A stretch of DNA of 56,479 nucleotides from an uncultured virus (IMG/VR IMGVR_UViG_3300001041_000009) (lineage: Duplodnaviria; Heunggongvirae; Uroviricota; Caudoviricetes), in the IMG/VR virus record IMGVR_UViG_3300001041_000009, positions 62,001-118,479 of that record. One strand, given 5' to 3'. Positions 20,126 to 30,976 of the stretch are shown one piece after another. The notes under the pieces were generated by a model. The model was not told where the DNA came from and did no database searches. It saw nothing but the letters and a program-made list of their open reading frames with translations. The translations under genes were made by a program, and so were the position numbers. Within the stretch, counting starts at the first letter, position 1; the number at the start of each line of letters is the position of its first letter.

Positions 20126-20157
20126 TTCTCTAAGTTTCCTTAAAGCACAGACTATAT
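20126..20157 (-). other. Group I intron remnant (P7'-P9) upstream of tnpB
   Basis: ATATAGTCTGTGCTTTAAGGAAACTTAGAGAA, 32 nt identical to 55215..55246. Confidence 0.85.
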
Positions 20158-20339
20158 AACAAAAGACATATAATTAAAAAAAATAATTATATGTCTTTTG
20201 TTATATATTGGTAAATAATTTACTAAACAGATAATTAAGAAAGGGTAGATTGCTCACTACCTTTTCCCACAGTCCTCCTCTTTTTTATATAAGAAGATGG
20301 ATAAACAATCTTAAATGATCGTTTATCCATCTTCATTTT

Positions 20340-20660
20340 TTATGTCGTTTTAGGAGGTATGAAAGTTGACTTAAGTTCTTTATCCTTTAGCTTATCACAC
20401 CATTCTGAGGTATATGGACATGTGACTAATCCTTCACTTTCTTTTTCATTTATTTCCTCAGTTTTACTCTTATATGTCTCAGAGTCAACAGCCTCCACTT
20501 CACTACTAAGATAATACTTTTCACCGCAGTATTTTATAATTAAGGTATTCAATTCATTTAGAAACGAATCTATTTTAGATGGGACAATTTCTCCAACCAA
20601 TGAGCCTTTTATAAAATATCGTGTTAACTCAGTTATACGTTTATTCATATAATAATTCAC
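20340..20660 (-). CDS. Hypothetical protein
   Basis: 106 aa, coupled to primase. Confidence 0.55.
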   Translation of the reverse strand: MNYYMNKRITELTRYFIKGSLVGEIVPSKIDSFLNELNTLIIKYCGEKYYLSSEVEAVDSETYKSKTEEINEKESEGLVTCPYTSEWCDKLKDKELKSTFIPPKTT

Positions 20661-21685
20661 CTTTCTATTTTTCGTTTGATAATCTTTATTTTATCTTTAG
20701 TAACACCATAATCCTTACCTATTTCATTATAGAATAGATTAATTGTATGTATCCAGTCTTTTAATTCATAATATAACTTCTTATAAAATATAGGTGATTT
20801 ATCTTTATCAGAATAAATATTTACATCCACATTACCAAAGATTCCCATTTGAATAAAATATTTTATTACAGATACAAAACCACAACCATTTACACTAGTA
20901 TAGATAATATTCTTATGTTCCTTTTCGTATAAATGATGATATATACCTAAGATATCAAAAACACCTTCAGCTATATTAATAGTAATTTTATCACGCGTCA
21001 AAAGATCTATTGAGTTTGGTATAGTATAAAACTTTCGAGTGTTATCCAGATTATTATATACGTTATATTTATCATATCTCTCATTTCTTCCAGTAATATC
21101 TCTGAAATTTATAAACTCGTTTCTCGCAGTTAAAAACCCCACATAGTCATTATGTAATAATCTAGCTTTATATTTATTTGTAGTTAAAGTATCAATACCA
21201 TTAAATTTTAAGAATTCTCCTAAATTAAACACAACCTTTAGATTAACCAATTCTTCTATGGTAAATTTTACACCCAGTCTTCCTTCAATATATTTTTGTT
21301 TTAATGAAGTTCTTTCATTATCACTAGGTGTTGGAACTCTTAAATTTAGATTGTTATTATATAAAGTAAAAGATTTGTTATTAGTACCTAAAGATGCTTT
21401 ATTATAAGATAATAATCCACTGTTTAATTGTAAATCATTAATCTTAAATGAACGCAACATAGTTGGTGTGAGAATACCACTAATATCACATCGAAAACAA
21501 TGAAATATTACAGGTTCATCATTGAACATATCTATCTTAACAGAAAAATGCCCATGTGAAAGATCTTTTTGTGAATCTAAACAAACTGGACATCTTAATA
21601 AGATTTGTTTAGGGCCATTTTGTTTGGCAGATTGAATTTGTAATAATTTATTTCTTAAGTGGTTTTTCATCTCAAGATTATTCAT
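20657..21685 (-). CDS. DNA primase (DnaG/T4 gp61-like)
   Basis: CPVC..HCFRC zinc finger; TOPRIM IAEGVFD and YSDKD; KDYG. Confidence 0.88.
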   Translation of the reverse strand: MNNLEMKNHLRNKLLQIQSAKQNGPKQILLRCPVCLDSQKDLSHGHFSVKIDMFNDEPVIFHCFRCDISGILTPTMLRSFKINDLQLNSGLLSYNKASLGTNNKSFTLYNNNLNLRVPTPSDNERTSLKQKYIEGRLGVKFTIEELVNLKVVFNLGEFLKFNGIDTLTTNKYKARLLHNDYVGFLTARNEFINFRDITGRNERYDKYNVYNNLDNTRKFYTIPNSIDLLTRDKITINIAEGVFDILGIYHHLYEKEHKNIIYTSVNGCGFVSVIKYFIQMGIFGNVDVNIYSDKDKSPIFYKKLYYELKDWIHTINLFYNEIGKDYGVTKDKIKIIKRKIER

Positions 21686-21768
21686 AATTTATTCATCTTT
21701 ATATACATATAGAATTCCTCCTTATTAATAGTAGTGAATCGAAAAGATTCACTACTATTAATGATTTG

Positions 21769-23858
21769 TTATAATTGATTCAAGAAATTAAGAAACTCAT
21801 CGGATATCATATCAGAGTTAATATCCAATGTAGTACCCAACTTGTCTCGATTATCATAATCAACACATGTAAATGTTGTATTAAGAATAGTTGATAATAG
21901 ATTAAGTATTAGATTAGATTTCTTTAATTCTTCTAAAGTTGAAAATTTATCTTGCATTAATGATTGATATATAGAAGAATTTTCAATCTTCATTAAGAAT
22001 TTAGTATTTTGAATTGTACGAGTATTTAATTTACCTTCAATGTTACTTGTTAAAACCTGGGGTAAGTAAGTATTTCCTTGGATTTGTAATTTACGTTTAA
22101 GAAGTATTAGTAAGGTTAAATATTGTCTTCGGGTTAATAGATTAAGATCTCGATAATTACCAAAATGTCTAGCATAGAAAAAGAATATGAGACTAACATG
22201 AAATTTATTAATGTGATGATTGATCTTATAATATTCTAATTCATCTTCACTGATCTTAACTTTCATTTTATTCTTAATTCTCTTAATAGTTTTCTTTATA
22301 TTAATCCCAGATAATATAATTAAAGATTCATCAATCTTATTACTGTTAATCTCAAGCTTATCTAATCCTGATAACTTTATATTCATATAGATTATAACTC
22401 TATACAGTTCTCTTATGAACTTCCCTAAATTACTTTAGGATAATAGACTATATCTTCTTCATAATATTATGAAGTTTCTCCACTTCGATTTAGTTATAAA
22501 TCTACGAGTCACACTCTAGTCGTTGAACCTTATTCTTGTATTAAGAATCTTGGTTGCGGATTGTCCAATCTTAAACATTATTACTTATAGTAGTTTAAGC
22601 TATAAGGAAGTTCCCGTCAGTTAAGAGAAAACCGGCTTCTATAAAAAACCGTCGAGATCTTTTTTATTGTTTAACTCAATTAATGAGAATTCATAAGGTT
22701 CTCGTATGAAGTAACCAAGCTGTTTTTCTAAGCATCGTGTTCACATAGGTTGTTAATCTATGCAGTTCTCTTATGAACTTCCCTATAGTTATATAGGATA
22801 TAAGACTATATCTTCTCATCTTAATTAAGATGAGTTTTCTTATTTCAATCTAAACTATAGATCTACGAGTCACACTCTAGTCGTTGAACCTTATTCTTAT
22901 ATAAGAATCTTGGCTGCGGATTATCCAATCTTAAACATTATTACGATTAAGTAGTTTAAGCTATAAGGAACTTCCCGTCAGTTAAAGAAAAGGTGGCATT
23001 AGATTATTTTACCACACTGTTAAAACTGATAATGTTTTTATCAAATGTATATTTGAACATAGTTTCAGAAATTATCTTCTCCTTTAATAGTTTATCAAGC
23101 TCTATTAACGGATCTGTTCCAAATATTTCTCGCTGGTCCCATATAACTCGATGTTTTGTAGCATTCACATTAACTTTAGCCAATGTAGATACCCATAGTT
23201 TATTATAGATATCAACCTCTTCATCATATTTATACATATAGAACAATCGTTCATAAAATTGAAAGATATAATTCGGTTCCTTTAACATAGATGACGAATT
23301 GATAAAATGAAATATGATAGGAACCATTATCTTCATACTCATTGAGATCATCATTAATAGTTTTGCATGTTCATTTGTAAATTCCATTGATTTGGTATAT
23401 TTAATACCATTATGTGAAGTAACATCAACATGGTAATTGTCTTCTACTAAGTGTCGTATTTTATTCTTTAATGATTCTGTAAACAGAATAGAATACAACA
23501 TCTTGATGAAAGATATTAACTTAATAGACTTTTTCTTATTGTCAATAATGTATTTGAGTTTTATATATGACAATAATAACTCATTATCTAAATCATAATA
23601 CTTAATGAAATAATTTAGATAATGACATATACCTTTAGATATAGTGCCATCTTTATTCAGTACATGATCCAAACGTTTCACATATGATTCTTTTTTAATA
23701 ACAAAAGTATTTAAACTTGTTATATTATCCTTGTTAAATATTTTGTCAAATGGTATTATTACTAGTTTTCCATCATGTCGGATAATCACATCCCTTTCTT
23801 CAGGTTCCCATTCATCAACTAATATAACTGAACGTATATCATCATTTGACATTAACAC
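21769..23858 (-). CDS. Putative non-virion RNAP promoter-specificity subunit (AR9 gp226-like), 3 exons (23858-23011, 22732-22648, 22374-21769; 512 aa)
   Basis: Splicing gives continuous FNSVV|LEKQLGYF..KDLDG|LSGLDKLE; early motif upstream; two genes downstream of the chaperonin as for AR9 gp228/gp226. Function is inferred from synteny and size. Confidence 0.55.
22375..22647 (-). ncRNA. Group I intron (no ORF, 273 nt)
   Basis: P1 CGGU/GCCG; P/Q/R/S on minus strand; ends ..ATAAAG. Confidence 0.9.
22733..23010 (-). ncRNA. Group I intron (no ORF, 278 nt)
   Basis: P1 GUGGU/GCCAC; P/Q/R/S; ends ..AACACGATG. Confidence 0.9.
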
Positions 23859-23897
23859 AACTCCTTTTATGTTTTCTTAAAGTAATAATATATAAAT

Positions 23898-24653
23898 TCA
23901 TTTAGATTTTATTTTAGGTTTAGATGACTTACGCGCAACTATCTTCTTAAGAGGTACTATTCTCTTTACAGTATCAGAAACTCTTTCAATTACCTTCTTA
24001 GGTTTTTTAAGTGCATCTTCTTTAATTTTTCTTTTTTCATCCCTAAGACGCTTATCCTCTTTCTTTATATCAATGTCGATTCTATCCGTAGGTCTAATTA
24101 ATTCATTAAACTTCTTAACGTCAAAAGGTTTAGCTATAGAATTAAGATGCATTTTATTTAGGTATTTTCTATTTTCCTCTATATAATGACAAGCGAAATA
24201 TATCGATTTATCGTAGTTAACGACTTCGCCGGGGTTACGAACAAGAGGATTCTGATCTAAAACGATATCTTTATATTTATTAGCCAAATGAGGAATAAGT
24301 AAACCATATTCATTATAAGTATATGCAAATGTATATACGAAATTAGGACTATTGGAAAAGAAGATCATATAGTAATTATTAATGAAATTGTCGTATTTGA
24401 AATCATCTTCACCCATAGTGAAATGTAGTACCACATCATATGTATTAGTTCGTTCGGTTTCACTAGGTATTTTAAAATGGAAATAATATTCATCTTTGTC
24501 TCTGTACACATCAAGAGTTATAGGTTTCTCTTTCACTAATTTAAGAAATCTTCTATTTAGATCATCTCGTATAATTTGTATGTTACCTTGTGCAGTACTT
24601 CCAGGGCCTGCTGGATTTTTAATAAAGGCTTTAAGATTTTGCGCCATATACAT
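23898..24653 (-). CDS. Hypothetical jumbo-phage protein
   Basis: 251 aa, basic C-terminus, AAGGAGG RBS. Confidence 0.6.
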   Translation of the reverse strand: MYMAQNLKAFIKNPAGPGSTAQGNIQIIRDDLNRRFLKLVKEKPITLDVYRDKDEYYFHFKIPSETERTNTYDVVLHFTMGEDDFKYDNFINNYYMIFFSNSPNFVYTFAYTYNEYGLLIPHLANKYKDIVLDQNPLVRNPGEVVNYDKSIYFACHYIEENRKYLNKMHLNSIAKPFDVKKFNELIRPTDRIDIDIKKEDKRLRDEKRKIKEDALKKPKKVIERVSDTVKRIVPLKKIVARKSSKPKIKSK

Positions 24654-24719
24654 AATTAATTTCCTCCTTTAAAAGTAAATAATTGGAGATATGACAAAAT
24701 CATATCTCCAAATTGTTAA

Positions 24720-26531
24720 TTATTCAGTTGGTTGTGGAATAGATATATATTGATTACTAGATATCAGCAAAGAGATTATAGATGTTGATGCTTTTAATAT
24801 CTCAATATCAGTATGGCATGAATTGATGACATCATCGGAGAATTTCTCGTTAATCAAATCCCAACATTGTCTCCGATCAATTGCTTCGTTTACTAAACTA
24901 TTAATATATACATCAGATTCATGAGTATATTTATTCTTTAATACTTTAAAGAATACTTCTTTGAAAGCAGTATCAAATAATCTCAAAACGATTTTATCAA
25001 GTTCAGGTATACCGAAATCATTACATAATAGTTTTTGTATAGTAATAGGGATCGCCAAATTCCCACCAATATTGAATCCATAATTATATGCAGATTCACA
25101 AGATTTAACCGCATCTTCAACAAGGTCGAAGTTACTATCCTTTTCAAGTGTGGAATAACCACCGACGGATATTATTCCCATTTTTCCACGTAATTTAGAA
25201 ATTCGTTGTTTGAGATCATATAGTTCCGAATTAACTACTCCGAGTTGACTGTGAGTTTCTTCAACTCGTTTATATTTAGAGACAGCATCATTCATATATC
25301 TTTGATGTTCGTCAGTATTCATCTTAAAACAATCTTTTATTAAGCTGGTTTTATCGCCGATTGAAATCTTACCAACTTCTCCAACATATTCTTCAAGATT
25401 AATTTTACCTTCAATTATATCCTCAGCCGCAGATTCATTAATCATCATAGCTCCGGTCATCATACAGAAATCATTAAAATATTCATTATGCATATCACTT
25501 ATTAACGCCACTTTTGTATACACAACTGTACATTTTTGAGTTGCTCTAAATTCTATATTACTATTACGACGGATTAGATTTAACAATTGATTATCATAAT
25601 ATGGAGCTATCACAACAATTCTTCTATCGGAATTAAGAGCCTCTTGTATAAGAGGTTGTATTATTTTCTCATAATGAATCATTTCAATCTTATGATTGAA
25701 CATTAACATCATCGGTTTGGTAATATCACATGTACCCGCATCATTAGTAATAAATATCGGGTCCATATAATTTATCATGCATTTGTAACCGTTAACTATC
25801 TCGAAGTTAGTTTTACCCGTTCTGGATTTATTAAATTCGATACTGGAATTTCCCGTATCGGCATAAATAAAGCGTATCATTTCTGAAACCTCTTTATTTC
25901 CATTCGTTGAAATTATAGCAAGTTTATAGATATCAGAAAATTCAGGATCTTTAATAGGATCTATCTTAGTAGAATTAATTAAGATGATACCCGTTATTAG
26001 CTCAACACAATGTTTTACAACATCCATTAAATCTTTGGATCTAATAGTTTTTAATTCCTCACATTTACTAAGATTATTGAAAATTGAATCGGCTGCTACG
26101 ATCGAAGATGTACTTCCATCACCGATTTTTAATATAATTTGCGAGCTTATATTAAATAACAATTGTAAGATATGATTATTAATTTCTTCAGTGAAATGGA
26201 TCTTCTTCAATACCGACCAGCCGTCTTTTGTGATACACATTTCACCAAAACGTTCGATCAAAGTCGTAGATCCATAGGGACCAAGAGTTTTCACTAAAGC
26301 CGATGATACTTGACTAAATACATTGAGTATTCGCTGTTTAAACTCGTCCTCACTCAATATATTCCATTGATACTCTGTATTTTTTTTAACTTCAGGTATG
26401 CCTCGAAACCCGAGTGGAATATATTCACCACCGCCCATTACTACTTCATTACTCAAGATGTTCTCTCCATTTATAATCCTCCGTTTATAACTCTCACCAG
26501 TATAACCACAACCGTCAGTACAATAATCCAT
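24720..26531 (-). CDS. Phage GroEL-like chaperonin
   Basis: KTLGPYG, ITKDGWSV, GDGSTS, VEDAV, GGN motifs. Confidence 0.9.
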   Translation of the reverse strand: MDYCTDGCGYTGESYKRRIINGENILSNEVVMGGGEYIPLGFRGIPEVKKNTEYQWNILSEDEFKQRILNVFSQVSSALVKTLGPYGSTTLIERFGEMCITKDGWSVLKKIHFTEEINNHILQLLFNISSQIILKIGDGSTSSIVAADSIFNNLSKCEELKTIRSKDLMDVVKHCVELITGIILINSTKIDPIKDPEFSDIYKLAIISTNGNKEVSEMIRFIYADTGNSSIEFNKSRTGKTNFEIVNGYKCMINYMDPIFITNDAGTCDITKPMMLMFNHKIEMIHYEKIIQPLIQEALNSDRRIVVIAPYYDNQLLNLIRRNSNIEFRATQKCTVVYTKVALISDMHNEYFNDFCMMTGAMMINESAAEDIIEGKINLEEYVGEVGKISIGDKTSLIKDCFKMNTDEHQRYMNDAVSKYKRVEETHSQLGVVNSELYDLKQRISKLRGKMGIISVGGYSTLEKDSNFDLVEDAVKSCESAYNYGFNIGGNLAIPITIQKLLCNDFGIPELDKIVLRLFDTAFKEVFFKVLKNKYTHESDVYINSLVNEAIDRRQCWDLINEKFSDDVINSCHTDIEILKASTSIISLLISSNQYISIPQPTE

Positions 26532-26605
26532 TAGTTTACCTCCTATTATTTCGTTAGATTCATTAAGACATTGTTTTACCCGTAGTATTTTATAATATTT
26601 TAAGT

Positions 26606-27304
26606 TTATTTAAAATCACTTTTTACAATATCAATTGGCATGAATGTAGCAAATTTAAATATTCTCTCTTTTATAGCGTCATCTAAATTCATTCGAAGAT
26701 TTAACTTATTATCAATATACGTAAAATTGTATCCATAGTTAGCAACTAGAATATTAGTATAAGCTATCTTATCAGTAGCCAATAAAGCTGATACATCCAT
26801 AATATCAGCAAGTATATATGAGGTAATACCATCGATAGTATTAATAACATTAATTAAGTTGCCCGTGACATAATTAACTTTGTCCATATCGTTATAGTTC
26901 ATCTGAATGTCTAAGTGGATTTTCTTATCATATTCTTGACTATGAATATATATCTTCTTAGTAAATTTTTGATGTAGAATAAAGCTCAATGATTTACCTA
27001 TAGTCAATAATTCAGATTCAATAAACATATCATAATATTTATCACTAATTTCTTTCATAGCCGTATTACAATCAAATTCCTTTTTTGCAAGTGTATGAAA
27101 TATATTTTTATGTTGACGTTTAAGACAAAATAAATCAAGTTGTTTCTTATTCAAATTCTCTATCTGGGATAAATCTAAGAAATCATTATAATATGATTTA
27201 TACTTTTGTAATATTTGATTAAGAATAAATGGATTGCGACTCTTAATGACATCATCATATGTTATAAAGATAATTTCATCTTTTGTTGTAAATTCATTTG
27301 ACAA
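26606..27304 (-). CDS. Hypothetical protein
   Basis: 232 aa, GGAGG RBS. Confidence 0.6.
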   Translation of the reverse strand: MSNEFTTKDEIIFITYDDVIKSRNPFILNQILQKYKSYYNDFLDLSQIENLNKKQLDLFCLKRQHKNIFHTLAKKEFDCNTAMKEISDKYYDMFIESELLTIGKSLSFILHQKFTKKIYIHSQEYDKKIHLDIQMNYNDMDKVNYVTGNLINVINTIDGITSYILADIMDVSALLATDKIAYTNILVANYGYNFTYIDNKLNLRMNLDDAIKERIFKFATFMPIDIVKSDFK

Positions 27305-27409
27305 ATAATAACCTCCTTAGTAACAGTAAAAAAATAATGGGCTATATTATTTTATAGCCCATTATTAATTTTATCTAGATGAATTTACTCTTCTTCTTAT
27401 ATCATCGGC

Positions 27410-27561
27410 GGATATTTTAATTCTATCGTCCTGTCGTGTTAGTAGTATTAGTTAGATACCATAATAACTTAACCGTTTAAGGTTCTTTAAACCGTCCGAC
27501 CAACGGCGAAAATCTTTATTTACGTTAGTCGATAAAGATTTTTTACAACTTATAAATATTA
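27410..27561 (-). ncRNA. Orphan putative omegaRNA copy with a different guide
   Basis: Near-identical to 18748..18880 but with no tnpB ORF; hairpin terminator downstream at ~27333..27366. Confidence 0.7.
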
Positions 27562-27614
27562 TTAACAGGCTTGGTTATCGCCACTATTTATAAGTCTCGT
27601 ATTAACACATAATT

Positions 27615-27755
27615 TTACTCAGAATCAGAATATTTTGTGCCGAAAAATGGAATACCTTCCTTCTCGGCTTTTAATCTACCAATTTCATTTTGAGCATCTA
27701 ATAATTGTAACCTAAGATTTTTTTCACGTTTAGATTCAAAACCAAGAAATCCCAT
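27615..27755 (-). CDS. Small hypothetical protein (46 aa)
   Basis: MGFLGFESKREKNLRLQLLDAQNEIGRLKAEKEGIPFFGTKYSDSE, starts right after the upstream stop. Confidence 0.45.
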   Translation of the reverse strand: MGFLGFESKREKNLRLQLLDAQNEIGRLKAEKEGIPFFGTKYSDSE

Positions 27756-27756
27756 T

Positions 27757-28569
27757 CTAGTTTAGAAACTTCTCAATATCATCAATATTACTCAGATTTT
27801 CAACATTAGTCTGAGGTTCAGTTCGAGATGAATTCTCCTGTCTTCCACCATTAGAGAAAATATCTCCACGACCATATGAATTCTTTTGTGGGCCGGTAAT
27901 GGTTATACCAAGTTTACCAGCAATTTCACCGATGTCACTGTTTAATTTGTCTTTAAAGTATTTGTCTACACAACGTGATGCGTGGACTGTTGAGTTTCCG
28001 AGTCCGATAATGGATGTCTTTAAGACATTAAGGAATACCATTAGCTCGGCATTGAGACTAGGTCCCATTTCAAATGCGCCGGTAGTTTCATCGTAGTTGT
28101 CAATGCTTATGTCTGAGTTAAATGAATAATACATACTCATAGAAGGTAGTTTGGTTTTAGGATCAAGAGACTTATGAATTGCAATATATGGCGCAATTGA
28201 TCCTATTAATTTTTTACCGGTTGAAACGATCAACAATGAATCACTTCCAACTGGAATACCAACGGAATGAGCCTCATCTTTTTCAATAGCCGGAAGAATT
28301 TCTTTTTCGATTTTTGTAGCAAGAATAAAAGCTTTTTCAGGAGTCAACGCGGTAGATACTACCTTCTCATAATCAAATTTTCTTGTTTCAGTTTGCTTGC
28401 TCAATTCTAGGGCAGGATGCATCCTCAATGAGATTAGACCATTCCAATACCCGATTAAGAATGCGGCTCCACCATCGTATCCATCTTTGTTAAAGAATGA
28501 AAGTCCTTTAGTGTTAACATTAGCAGCTTCACGTGAATTGTTCTGACCATTATTTGTATTAAACGCCAT
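27757..28569 (-). CDS. Putative single-stranded DNA-binding protein
   Basis: Beta-rich core, G/N/S-rich linker, acidic tail IDDIEKFLN. Confidence 0.45.
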   Translation of the reverse strand: MAFNTNNGQNNSREAANVNTKGLSFFNKDGYDGGAAFLIGYWNGLISLRMHPALELSKQTETRKFDYEKVVSTALTPEKAFILATKIEKEILPAIEKDEAHSVGIPVGSDSLLIVSTGKKLIGSIAPYIAIHKSLDPKTKLPSMSMYYSFNSDISIDNYDETTGAFEMGPSLNAELMVFLNVLKTSIIGLGNSTVHASRCVDKYFKDKLNSDIGEIAGKLGITITGPQKNSYGRGDIFSNGGRQENSSRTEPQTNVENLSNIDDIEKFLN

Positions 28570-28650
28570 TTGTTTTTACCTCCTATTAATTAACTCATTA
28601 TCTTAATATAAAGTTCGTGGTCTAATAAAATATAATACGAACTGATGGAA

Positions 28651-28956
28651 TTATTCTCTCATTCGTATATTTTCAGTTGTACCAAATTCAGATCTTCGAT
28701 CAATAAAGGACGATTCCTTTAATATAGATACAACTATTTCTTTTGTTACAGGATGATAACCGGATATTGAGATCTTATTTAAAATATTATTACCTTCACA
28801 TATATAGATTGATAAACAAGGACCATCCATAATTATAGCATACGGCCTATGTTTATTAATAAATTTATCAGCTATTATTTCAATATCTGTTGTTTCAAAT
28901 ATTTGCTCGTCGTACCTTTCCCATGCTCTATGTTGATTTACTAATAAATATCTCAC
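28651..28956 (-). CDS. Hypothetical protein
   Basis: 101 aa, AAGGAG RBS. Confidence 0.55.
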   Translation of the reverse strand: MRYLLVNQHRAWERYDEQIFETTDIEIIADKFINKHRPYAIIMDGPCLSIYICEGNNILNKISISGYHPVTKEIVVSILKESSFIDRRSEFGTTENIRMRE

Positions 28957-28978
28957 AATTTAACAACTCCTTTAAATT

Positions 28979-29191
28979 TTATAATTCTGCCATTGGACGT
29001 ATATTTATATCATCTCTAATAATTTTATCTTTATCATCTAGAATAAACTCAAATGAGTAAAGCATATTATCAAAAGAACTAACATATTTTTCAGCAAACC
29101 AATTAAGATTAGTTATTTCAAACCGATCAATACTTCCTTTTTCAGTAACGATAATTCTCATATTAATACACCACAGGCGGATAAAATTCAC
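28979..29191 (-). CDS. Hypothetical protein
   Basis: 70-aa ORF in operon. Confidence 0.45.
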   Translation of the reverse strand: MNFIRLWCINMRIIVTEKGSIDRFEITNLNWFAEKYVSSFDNMLYSFEFILDDKDKIIRDDINIRPMAEL

Positions 29192-30176
29192 GATTATAGA
29201 CTATATTACATCTATTACATTTGAGAACATGATTGGTTTTTATAGTTCCATCGAGTACCTCCAATACATCACCACATTGTTTACATGTACTAACTCGGAA
29301 TACCTGATTAAATTCAGCCCTAGTTAATACACTACTGCTAATATGCGCCATTTCACTTTTGATTATATCAAAATCCCTCTTACTTTCCCAATCACGTGTT
29401 AAATGACCATTTGGATGTAATATTAGCTCATAAATAAACCAATCAAATGAATTAGATGGTTCTAGTAAACTAGTTTTCCATATAACTTTCATACCATTTA
29501 TAAGTTGGATTTTAACTCTAGATACTGTATCTGACTTAATATATATCGGTTTGGTATTATTGAATAGGTTCTCTTCTGTTGTTGGGTCGAGTGTCATTTC
29601 AGTTGTTTTAATCTTCTTAAAGCAGATAGATGATGCCCCATGAGATTTACCAAATTCTATATACTCAAGTATATCCCCATGATCATTGAACTGATCTATA
29701 AGAACAGCAGTAAATGTTACATCAATTCCTAAACTATTTAATTTTGAGTTAGTTCTTATTAAAAGCTCACCCGCCGTACTATACCTTCTATTCATTAAAA
29801 GTCCATTTGTTGTAGTATAACGTCTATTCATTATACGTTCATTGATAAAAGTATTAAAATGATGAATACTAATAGAGACATGATCTACTATATCTCCTAA
29901 ATCATCAATAACGTCATACAAGTTAGATCCATTTGTTAATAAAGTTACATCTTTGAATTTAGATTTATATTTCTTTATGAGTTGCAGTAAGTCTTTTAAA
30001 TACGGACTTAAAGTCGGTTCACCACCAGTTAGTTTTAAACTTAGATGACCATCAGGTAACTCACTTATTATGGATTCAACTTTAGTAATATAATTGTCAC
30101 AGGCCTCAGTTTGTTTCCAGAAACAAAAACCACATTTTGCATCACAATCCCCAGGCACAATAATCGAAAAATCCAT
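29163..30176 (-). CDS. Radical SAM protein
   Basis: CDAKCGFC (CxxxCxxC), LTGGEP, TNG; C-terminal CxxC pairs. Confidence 0.9.
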   Translation of the reverse strand: MDFSIIVPGDCDAKCGFCFWKQTEACDNYITKVESIISELPDGHLSLKLTGGEPTLSPYLKDLLQLIKKYKSKFKDVTLLTNGSNLYDVIDDLGDIVDHVSISIHHFNTFINERIMNRRYTTTNGLLMNRRYSTAGELLIRTNSKLNSLGIDVTFTAVLIDQFNDHGDILEYIEFGKSHGASSICFKKIKTTEMTLDPTTEENLFNNTKPIYIKSDTVSRVKIQLINGMKVIWKTSLLEPSNSFDWFIYELILHPNGHLTRDWESKRDFDIIKSEMAHISSSVLTRAEFNQVFRVSTCKQCGDVLEVLDGTIKTNHVLKCNRCNIVYNREFYPPVVY

Positions 30177-30259
30177 TGTTCTTTTCCTCCTCTAAATTTT
30201 AAGAATATTACTAAAGTTTTTTCAATTCTAGATTTATTATATTAGTTACACGATAAGCT

Positions 30260-30964
30260 TTAATCATGTTCATGGATTATAACATCCGATGGGAGATTAA
30301 TTTTAATAAGATACCTATCTTTGAAATATCCGGGTGGTTTCAAAAGCATAGTACTTGGGAATCCTTTACGTAAGCGCCCACTAAAAGTTCCCTTATTTAT
30401 ACCATATTGCTTCGCCCACATACCCATAGTTTTCGTTACTCCATTAATCGTTATGTGCACATTACTTCTAGTATTATTATTTTGCTCGGACGAAGTTGAC
30501 CAACGACAATTAGATGGCTCGTAGTTACCATCATTATTGATTCGATCGATTGATAAATTAGATTGATAACCGCTTCTCATAGCCCATTCAATAAACGTTT
30601 TTAATCCAGTCTTTTCATCTAACCATTCATCACAAATTTTAATTCCTCTACCACCATAATTTTTATATGATATGGTTGAAGTCTTTAAACAACGACTCTT
30701 CATACCATATAATATACCATATAATCTATTGTAGCTAAAACCATGCTTAGTGTTACTTTTTAAAATACTAACTTTTCGCACACATCCACAATTGGTAGAT
30801 ATTCCTCGAACTAAACTATTAGAGCTAACATATCTTCGAGTTTTATCAGAACAACTACATTCACATAAAAATGAAGTTCTCTTTAAATAGTTTATTAACA
30901 TTGGAGAATCAACTATTGTCCATAATCCAAATTTTTCTCCAGGTTTAATATCCAAACGCCTCAT
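30260..30964 (-). CDS. Free-standing HNH homing endonuclease
   Basis: CECSC..SxNCGC; YGGRGIKICDEW; SIDRINNDGNYEPSNCRW. Confidence 0.9.
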   Translation of the reverse strand: MRRLDIKPGEKFGLWTIVDSPMLINYLKRTSFLCECSCSDKTRRYVSSNSLVRGISTNCGCVRKVSILKSNTKHGFSYNRLYGILYGMKSRCLKTSTISYKNYGGRGIKICDEWLDEKTGLKTFIEWAMRSGYQSNLSIDRINNDGNYEPSNCRWSTSSEQNNNTRSNVHITINGVTKTMGMWAKQYGINKGTFSGRLRKGFPSTMLLKPPGYFKDRYLIKINLPSDVIIHEHD

Positions 30965-30976
30965 TTATATACACCC

